In this document: positions 34,845 to 44,500 of the stretch, piece after piece
Layout: each line of letters opens with the position of its first letter
How positions within the stretch are numbered: the stretch's first letter is position 1
DNA from: Pseudovirgaria hyperparasitica
Taxonomy: Eukaryota
Strand: one strand, 5' to 3'
NCBI GenBank assembly: GCA_010093815.1
Contig: ML996573.1
Length of the DNA stretch: 64,000 nucleotides
The notes under the pieces: model-generated
Databases searched by the model: none
Seen by the model: only the letters and a program-made list of their open reading frames with translations
What the model was told of the DNA's origin: nothing
Program-made: the position numbers and the translations under genes

Positions 34845-36119
34845 TGTGATATGGAGATGGGAGAGAAGGTAAGATATGAAGAGATTGGTATGTATGCTTC
34901 GTGTATGACTTGGTTGTAGATAGCTGAGCGTTAGACGAGAAGCTCAAGATCTGGTATTTTAGGTAGCTAGCATGTCACAACTCGGCAACGAGAGCTTAAT
35001 TCCGCTTATTTCTAAGATGTGAAACGAACGCACGGAAATGAACAAGTTTGAACTTTTTGCACTGTTTTGTCACTCGCGTATGACTATGTTGAGAACATCC
35101 CTTGCTATAACCAAACACTTATCCATTTCGAGCACTTTGTAGCCTGTATTCTATGCAACTCTATTATCCCAGCGATTCCTATTGAACTAAGCAATTGAGC
35201 ATCTACTTGAATGGTTCGTAGAGCAGCCCCTTGCCCCTAGTACAATGACTTGATAAGCATGCACTGCTTGCAGGCGGACAGTGAGAATAAGGGGCCAACT
35301 TCGGCAAGATCCAAGGTAGTAATCACTCTGATGATGTGGAAAGAATGACTCTGAAGACTAACGGCCTATCGAATAAGACGGTGCTATAGAGGTAGATCTC
35401 TTGCCCTCTGGTCCACGATCGTGACCTGTAGCCTAATACCGAGCTACAACTCTTCAATGTATAAACACATATACACCAAGTGACAATAACAGTATTCTAA
35501 AAATTTAGCCCGTGCTCTTACGTCAAGGGATGGTCGTATTACATGATTCCGGAGCCGAATACGAGGACCTGTTTGCAGTACCAATACAGTCTACAAGAAA
35601 CATCCAACTCTAGGAGAATGCACCCACAGCGATTGGCGTTAAACATAGGCATGAACCAGCATCCACCCTCTGGCCGCACCTCCGCTGGACTCTTAAGGAC
35701 ATTCGCACCTCCTCTTGAAAGATTGTAACTAGCAGCACGTCACACAGGCGGTAACAAGTTAGATAGTGTTAGATGTCGTTGTCTGCAGCGAACTATCCTA
35801 GAGACATCAGAGTTTAACACTTTAATTGCTATGGCAGACGGGATGATGAGAAGATATGTAAATATTGCATCCAAGCAGTGGTACAAGAGCTAGAACCTGA
35901 TGCTCCTTGAAATAATAATACACGCGGAGCTGTACATACATAAAGGCGTCATGATTTACCATGGAGTCGCAGTTTTTGCAATGGTGGAATAGTTTCTCTA
36001 GCTTCGTAGGTACATGAATTTCTCTTCGTGTCATACGAATCTCTTGACTATAAAGTTTGTAAGCACATAATAGATATCTAGCAAGTGATGACACTGTTGC
36101 CTGGCGACTCATCCATCTG

Positions 36120-37529
36120 ACATGGTGTCACAATCTTGCCGGCCATCTACTGTGAGATCTTCTATCCCACCGCCTTCGTGTCCCACCACCTACACCTTAC
36201 ACCCTTACAATAACATCCATCATCGCCTATAATAACATTCATCCCGTTAGTATCGAACCCTTCCACCTAGCCTTGATACCTGTACGATACCATCCCAAGC
36301 AAATATACGCATCATAAAGTCCAGCCGCGTGCCACGAAATGAGATGAAGCGACGAGACAAGGATAAGAAGCTTTCTTAAGACCAGCATCATGCAGACAGA
36401 GTCTACCCGCCTAGACAACACCATCTCAATGTACAGGCCGCGATGGCCGCCAAGCGTCTTAACATAGAGATCCTATGCTCGAGATGTTAGACGGGCGTGC
36501 CGCTCGCATCAAAGCGCTGCTATTAGATTTGGAAAACATGAGTGCTCACACAGTAGCAGGTGCCTTGTACCAATGCGAGGGGTGCCACCTACCAGCCAGA
36601 CTGGGAGCATGTACACGAGGATGTAGTCCTATCCCCAACGTTCAACGACCCACGAACCGAGGCAGAGTAAAACTCCCTGTCCAACTTTCCGAGCTTCACA
36701 TTGATTCTACTCACAAGTAATACAATTCTATCGAGCGATACTACAAGCATTATGAGATCATAACCGCAGCGAAGCACTTTAACAAGCATGATGACGATGC
36801 CACAGCCACGAAGCTCATGCAATCCGCCGAAACCATCCACCGACGCGAGGAGACGCGCGCAAAGAGGTTGAAGAAAGTGGCTAGCATATAATACTGGCCT
36901 TTATCAGGTCTTGAGTTCGAAGAGTGGTATCGCTTCAAGAGTGGTATTGTTTCAGTGGCAGGAAATTCTCGAGAATACGCCGCTCCCCCTATGCATCGTA
37001 TTCTCTAGAAGTGCCGCCAAAAACCACGGCCTCACACATCGACTCTATCATGACCTGATAGCCACACATCCAAAAGCTTCGGTAGAGATTACAGAGAAGG
37101 CAAAAGGGTGAAGCCACCTCGGAACCTGCTTATGGAGCTACGTACACAACTGGTCCAGGAGGACAGGCATGCCATTGAGTCAGCGGACATGGAAAGAGCA
37201 GAGAGACTAAGAGACATGAAAGACACCGGCGAATACGTGGGCACTCCGAAAGAGCAAGAAGCTACCGGAAGACTCTAGCTGAACTCATTTCGGAGCGCGA
37301 GTTCTGGGATATGACAGACAATACAAAATGATCAAAACGCCTTGGCAACCTCCTCGTGAGACTACTTGTAAATGCGATTAAGCAAAATAAGCATGATATC
37401 GAGTCGAAAGAGCTAGACATTGTAAAGTAGCTCAAGGAGTTTATAAAGGTGGGCGAACGGGTCGACACTAGCAAGGGCAAGGAGTAAGCCATTACTAGTG
37501 ATAATGAAGGAGACGAGGATGTCGATTGA
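36120..37529 (+). pseudogene. Degraded coding sequence of unknown family (boundaries approximate)
   Basis: The frame of ORF 36475-36720 continues with protein-like sequence through isolated stops TAA 36718, TAA 36889, TAG 37006 and TGA 37051. After an apparent frameshift near 37260 it reads ..KTLAELISEREFWDM.. with further stops and ends DNEGDEDVD*. Confidence 0.6.
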
Positions 37530-38086
37530 TAGCAAGAGGACATAATGGATTGATTGAATATATATATCACGAGTCGAATTCAATCGCGAAGTATACCAAC
37601 AGCAACTGCGTCTGAATTAGAGCTTATACCATCAACACTTAATAATTAAGTAAAACGCGTTCAGCATCCACTGATTTCTCAAGCTTTGAATTTCCGAAGC
37701 CATACCTTCGCGTAGCATGCCGTGTCGAAAAACTAGAACTCTCCTGTAACTCTATCCAGCCGTTTGTAGTGGTGACGAGAACCCTCTGTTTGCTGCGTAC
37801 TAGAGCATTGCCAGTTGTCCCAACAACGCAACAGGCTGAATTTCGACAAGTCACTCTCAGCACGTCATAGACACGATGTCAAGATCATCCTGTGCGTCAT
37901 CATGGCTACGGTGTAGGCTCTGTGAAGTTATCACTAGAGGATTTGCCAGCACATAGTGGTAATTGTCAGGTAGACACGATACAGTAATCTGAACTATAAG
38001 AAGACTACATTATCATGGCTAAGGATCTATGCAGAACAGATGTGGGTTACTTCTGGATCTGTGCTTGATAGGATCTTATTCTTACA

Positions 38087-38718
38087 ATGACTCGCAAAAA
38101 TCAAAAGGGGCGCAGAGCCCAATCTACGCGTCCGGCTGATGTACGTATCGAACCTTCTCTCCTATCAACATAACCCCATTAATACATCTTCTCCAGCCCG
38201 ACCCACACAGCCAAAGCCCACGAAGAGGTACCCAATCATTCCAAAACAACAGTAGAAGCAGCAGTAAGTCCCAGCTCATCCATCAACACAAAACAAGCCA
38301 ACTCAAACCCCCCCAAGCTCGCCCACCACAAAGCAACCCTCCACATCCACCTTCCAAACCCCCCTCCCCATCGCGCCCTCGCCAAACATCCCCAATCCCC
38401 TCCCCAAAGCCCACCCAACAAGCAGCAGCACACAAGCCACCCCAACCGCACCGCAAGAAAAAGCACCGCCGCAACCGCAAGAACAAACGCCCGAAACCCA
38501 CCCCCAACTACATCCCCTACTTCACCCACCACGAGCCATACCCGCCAGCCACGATGCACCCGCACTGCACATCTCCCCACATGCGCTACCGCCCCTGCGT
38601 TGAATGTGCCTGGCACTGGATGTTGCAGGACTGCATATATGAAGGGCAAGAGATGGGACTATGGGACGACACGATAGTGCATGGACTTGATCGTGCTATA
38701 TTCCGGATGTCACGGTAG
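38087..38718 (+). CDS. Small orphan protein A (~191 aa): Pro-rich, basic NLS-like patch, C-terminal Cys/His domain; exons 38087-38140, 38197-38718
   Basis: CTTACAATG start and intron 38141-38196 (GTACGT..CTCCAG). Exon 2 is open for 174 codons, ending HRKKKHRRNRKNKRPKP...HPHCTSPHMRYRPCVECAWHWMLQ...AIFRMSR*. Homologous to the convergent neighbour. Confidence 0.75.
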
Positions 38719-39084
38719 TGTTGGGATGGGTTGGAGCTTGGAAACTTCTATATTGGCAATACGATACGTCTGAAATGGGGTTCTGGGCTGGGTAGAATTG
38801 TGATGTGGTGTGTTTGATATGAGGATTCTGTGATGTCTGAGTGAGTGGCATTGACGTGTACTCTACACCGAAGCAGTGCGTATGCATGTCTAATCCGCAC
38901 TAATCTACATACCTCAGGCATGCACGACGAATAAACACACACACTTCTATAATCAGCATAGAATTGTCTAGCGCCCGTGCTATACTCCCTCCTCCTCACC
39001 ACCCACACACATCCCTTCCGCACCCTTTCAAGAACTCACCTAACACCCTCGCCCCTCACAATCAGTATACATGATATCTATATA

Positions 39085-39650
39085 CTACATTCCCCCCTCC
39101 ATCCTCCCCAACGCATCCCTTAACCCCCTCCTAACCGTCTCCGCCTCCACCCCAGTCACAAGCGCCAGATCCACCATCCGCTGCAGCCAGAAAAAGTAAA
39201 GACAGTCGCCGCAATGCAGCGTTCTAAAATGTGCTCTTTCGCAGAGCGGGTGTGCGGGGCCCTGCTAGCATATTTAGCTTCGTATCAATAATGAATGAAT
39301 TCTGATGGGAGGGGAAGGGGTGTGCTTACAGTTACCGATCTACCACGCACATCATTCCCAGTGAGGGACACGGGTGTTGACTGCTGAGAAGCAGACAGAG
39401 TATTGGTGGTGGGCGTTTGTGGAGAGGCTTGGGGTAGGCGGGCGTTGCGTGCCTCGATGGCGGCTTGGAGGGCGTTGTCGTGGGTGATGAGGTCTGCGAA
39501 GGGCATGTAGCGGAGTTCTGAGGGGTTTTGTTAGTGGGTGGAGGTGAGGTTGGGGTTATGGGTAGGGTTTTGCTTACGTTCTGCGGTGAGACGGCGGTCT
39601 GGAGAGGGGGTGCGCCATGCGGCGGTCTTGTTGGGAGAGGAGTTGTTCAT
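39085..39650 (-). CDS. Small orphan protein B (~146 aa) with the same C-terminal Cys/His domain; exons 39650-39578, 39517-39330, 39264-39085
   Basis: Introns 39518-39577 (GTAAGC..ACTAAC..CAG) and 39265-39329 (GTAAGC..TAG, followed by CAG). The 441 nt spliced CDS ends HPLCERAHFRTLHCGDCLYFFWLQRMV...ALGRMEGGM*. Confidence 0.78.
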
Positions 39651-41149
39651 TGTGGTGTTGGTGTGAGGGTTGGGGAAGCTTGGTATGGTAAGAGGTCGAA
39701 GTTGTAGAGAAGTCGAGTTTGTGGTAAGATGAAATGAGGTTCGTTGCTGGTAGGAAGATTTTGGGATAGTTTTGAGTTTAAATAAGTAGTAGGGAGGAGG
39801 CAAGGCAGAGTGCAGAGTAGAATAGTATGGCTGTTTCAATTTCCATTAGGTATTGACAGGTGCTATTTGCCAACACAACAGAGCAATGTTCATTCACGCC
39901 GACGTACGAGCACGGGATCTCTGACCGTTCGCTATTCATCTTCAATACGGACATGGTGCGTCTCTGCTCTGGTGACAACACGGGGACTATTCGACTCCCT
40001 CGTGATCAAGGTATAATAGTATAGCGACTCCCATTGAGTATATCAGCTGTCCTGCCAGCCCTGAATGAACCATCAAACACCATGGCTCAGTCACATAACC
40101 ATGCCAACAAACCACCCATTCATATGCTCACTATCCAATTCATCAGTGAATCACACCAAACAATAAGACCGACAACATCTCAATACCCATCCCCTCTCAC
40201 CGATCATACCCCTTACCTGTCTGTCACAAGGAACTGATCAGATCTCCCAGGCTAGCTCAGCCATTCTTCTGTCATGATTGGATCCCAGCCGTACGACCAA
40301 CCAAAACCCAACTTACTCTTTCACTCGCTCCCTGAAGTCGGAGTGAAGCAGACGTAGAAGAAACCCCGTAGGCGCCATAATGCTAGGCTCTATATCTGTC
40401 CGTCCCTGCGAGAGGCCCGTAGGAACTGCCGAGTTATTGGGTAATATGCCGTACATGTTGCTGTTACGACTCATGGAGTAGCTCAAAGCTTCGACAAAAA
40501 CACGACTATTGTACACCACGAAGTTGGACGCGTCGAATCACACCCGAGCTGCCCTCACCATCATCTCACCGCCAAAACTAATCCATCCTCACAGATACCA
40601 CCGCAACATCATTATCGCACAGGAGTCCTCCTAATGCAGTAAAATATTACACACCTACTAGTAGCCCCTATCTCCACATCTCGTTGGACCAGGTACACAG
40701 CGTCTAGGCTGAGGGCAAGACGCACACACATTCCACCTCACAAGCAAATATGCTCACAGGAATCAAAACTCACACACCCCATCCAAGCTCACAGGCAAAG
40801 ACCACTCACCGCCAATGACAGCGAAGAATCGAGCACCCGAACTATCCTATAAGGAAGTACAGCTCTCCCCGACACCAATCTCAAGCCCTAATCTATATCT
40901 TTAGTCTTAAATCTCAACCGGGGTAAAGCCGCCAGTATCCAGACACTGCAAAGTAAGAAGAAATATCGATACAAGCCATTACTGGAATAGCCTTGTTCGC
41001 AGGAACCCAGCAGGGGTGAGGAGGGGAGGAGTCTTGCAGGACTGATGGCGCTTTGTAGTCATATACATACACATATTGTCAGACAGTTACGTTTCAATAA
41101 AAATCTCCTAATTCCCGTCTGATATCATTTCATTTCGGTCTCTCTGCAC

Positions 41150-41530
41150 GTACATCTTCTCCTCTCACATACATCTTCTCTCTCACCCACACCCCCTCGT
41201 CTCTCTCCCTACATGTCCCATACCATACCATACCATACCATACACACCATCACAAAGGTATACCATACACACCATTCCATACCAAAACAAAACAGAACAG
41301 AACAAAACCAAGAACAAGTCCGACTTTACACTCCTCCCCAACAAAACAGATCGCGATAACATCTCCATGAACTCTTTGCGTCAACTGAAACATCATATTC
41401 CCCTCTCCCCTCTCCCCTCTCCCTTCCCCTTCCAAAAAAACCCCCGAATAACGAGAAAAATATACAACGAAAGAAAAAAAAAGAGTCATCCCTCTCCTCT
41501 CAAACACCCCTCAACCCCCTCTCAATCCCC
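41150..41530. repeat. Low-complexity and microsatellite tract downstream of the giant ORF
   Basis: (CATAC)n at ~41218-41243, CAAAA/CAGAA repeats, and C/T-rich and poly-A runs. Confidence 0.7.
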
Positions 41531-41532
41531 CC

Positions 41533-44500
41533 TCAATCCCCCTCCCACGTCGGCATCCACTCCATCCCCGGATAACTCGCCGCAAACATGACCGGCTCAT
41601 CCTCCTCCTCGCCCTTTGGCACAGCGCTCAGCTCTGCGATGCCTTCTGGTGCGTCGAAGACTTTGCTACTGGCGGCAACAACAGTGCCAGACACACCATT
41701 ACCTGGAGCAGCTGGAGTATGAGCAACAGGTGTAGTACCATCAGCATCAGCATCAGCACCAACACCACCCAGACCACCAGATAGCGCGGGAGAGGAAGTA
41801 TGCGCAGCCAAGCTATCCGCTTGCTGTGCGGTGTGTACGGTGACGCTTGCGTCATTCTCATGCGAATTAGCGGAAGATGTAGTCGTAGGCGAGGAAGTAA
41901 GTGTGTGCACAGGAGGAGGTGGCAGGATCTGTCGTGCCTCGGGGGATGCGCGCGGATTTGTACTCATGTCGACTTGCTGCGCATCTGTGTCCATACGATT
42001 TGTCGTCGGAGGATTGGCAGCAGCAGCAGCAGCATCACGAATATCCGGCACGGCCGGGACGCCGTTCTGCCCTGGGACTATGGCATCAAAGGAGCCGGAC
42101 TCGCGGCTTGGATGTGCGGAATTTGCGGGAGTGGGATCGGTGAGGAATGTTGGGCCGTCTATGTTGTTAGCTACCTCTTCGCGGAGAGGATGGGCTGTGG
42201 GCGGCGGGGGCGGCGGCGCGGATGAAGGGGTGTGTTTGTCGTCGAGCAGAGGTGGCGAGGGAGAATGGTGGTGGTTCGGGGGCAGCGGGAACATTTTGAC
42301 TGATGGGGCGCGTGGGATATGCTCTGTTGACACGGCTGATTGTGGGATTGGGCTGAGTGAGTGTTGGACTTCTCGTGGAAGCACTTCGCGGTAGCCTGGT
42401 AGAGGGGGCTGGTGTGGAGGACGAGAGGGGTGTGGTGAGGGTTGCTGGGCGTGGTGCGAGGGATAGTTTGATTGCCCGTCTGGATGCTGCTGCTGATGCT
42501 GCTGCTGCTGCATGTGTTGCGGGACTTGGTGAGTTGGCTGTTGCTGGTAATGCTCCGGAGACGATGTTTGCCCCTGAAGCAGAGGGTGGCGCGGTGCCGG
42601 GGGAGCATGCATCGTGTTCTGGATCTGGTGGATCGGATGTTGCGGGTGTTGAGCCGGATGCTGAGGCGGCTGCTCGTGCGGAGCCGCGAAGCGGAAACCA
42701 GGCGGCGGCTGTGGTGCTTGATTGTTGTTGGCGAAGAGAAACCCGGGCGGAGGGCCACTGGCTTGAGGATGCATTGGGGGACCTTGCATTTGCTGCGCAG
42801 TCTGCACTGGAGCACCCAGAATCTGGGATGCCTTGGGATGGCTCATCTGCATTCTGTGCTCTTCCTCCTCCTCTACGCCATTCGGTAATGTTATAGCCCA
42901 TGGCCTCTCTTGCTGACCGCCATCTTTCGAGTTTCGCGCGGCCTTGGACTTCTTCGTCTCCCCAAACTTGGCTGCACCTATAGCTGCGCCTACCAAGCCG
43001 CTTCCAAACAGTTTCTTATGAGCCGGCGGTGACGACAAAGGCGACACAAGAGGCGGCGACATCGGTTGCGTCAGTCTGTTATGACGGCCCGGGTCGGGCT
43101 TGACGTGAGCAGCGTATGAATCAGATGAGAACTTCCGGGGTGGCCCTGTGGATGGCCCTCGGAAAGGATCCCGGGGATCGCGGCGCCAGGTCGGGCTTTC
43201 AGTCGACAGAAGTCCCGGTGGTGTAAGAGGCCCATAGGGATTGAGCGGTCGCTGGAAGCCTTGATCGTTGATGTGGCGAAACGACCTGTCATAAGCCGCG
43301 GGCAGTGGCACATCGTCATACTTGGGCTCAGGAGGAGTGATTATCCCTTTATCCATTGGCGAAGGAGTCCTACCATTATGATGCGGCGAAAATGTCTCGA
43401 CAGGCGAGATGCCGGGATGTAGTTGATTCTCATGGATAGGTCCAAGAGTGCTACTAGACTTCACGAAGCTATTCCCTCGAACGGCATTCATCGCCTCGTC
43501 GTCAAGTTCTTCATCTTCCTCGTCGTCCATATCCTCACGTAACAGGTTGCCCTCCCCGTACTTGTCAGATTGACGGGAAGTTCTACCACTCATGCTGTGG
43601 GAGGTATGCGACCTCTCAGGATAAGCCTGCGAAGGCGGGACTTGTCGCACAGCTTGATAGGCAGAGCCGTCATTAGTGGTGTTCCCATTCACCTTGGATT
43701 CTGACTTGAATGCCTTTAGAGCATTAGGTGAATTGTAACTTCCAACGCCGTCCCTTTGCAAGAACTTTTTCATAGAAAATCGATTCTTCTTGTTGCCGCT
43801 GTCGGGATGATTCGATGGAGTCTGGAATGACATTCGGTGTGCAGCCTGTACCGCCGACGAAGAGCTGCCAGCACTGCCATTACTCGGACGCGGTTCGCCA
43901 TGTCCATTCATGGGTGTGATCTCTTGGACAGCAGAAGGCCTGCCGAGCACCTTGAAGACCCCAATAGCCTTGCCCTTGAGCTTAAACCGATCCGCGTCCT
44001 GCGTAAAGAAGGAAAGGCCGTGCGCTCTAGACGGCTCCTTTCCTTTATCCATTCTGTGCCCCTGGGATGCATAGCCCGGCTCCTCGTTCTCTTTCCTAAA
44101 GTTAGGATCTGCCTGCAACTTCAGTTCTAGTGCCTTCTTTGTAGCCTCTCGGTAGCCAGAAAGCTGGTAGGCGACGTGCTCTTGGCTTGGGTCGATTGGC
44201 ACGATCGGAGTGTGTCGTGGTTTTCCTCCTTTCGGCGACGTCGTCGATGGCCCAGGCTGGTAGGCAATATCGGGCTCGATGGGATCGTGTTGTGCTGGTT
44301 CTTCCGCGATTGGAGGGTGTGAAGCACTAGGAGTACGGAAGCCATTCTCCGCGCTATGCTGGCGTTGCGTAGGTTGCCTTTGCACTGGTATATCCTCCTC
44401 TCGAGCGGGCTCCTGAGTTTGGCGAAAGTCATTGTGTTGCGGACCCATCTGCTGATGCACCGCGAGCTGACCAAACGACGACCTTTGCTCCTGCTCGTCT

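Noticed and set aside
38236..38649. Minus-strand ORFs 38236-38649 and 38283-38507
   Set aside because: Antisense shadows of the C-rich exon 2 of orphan gene A.
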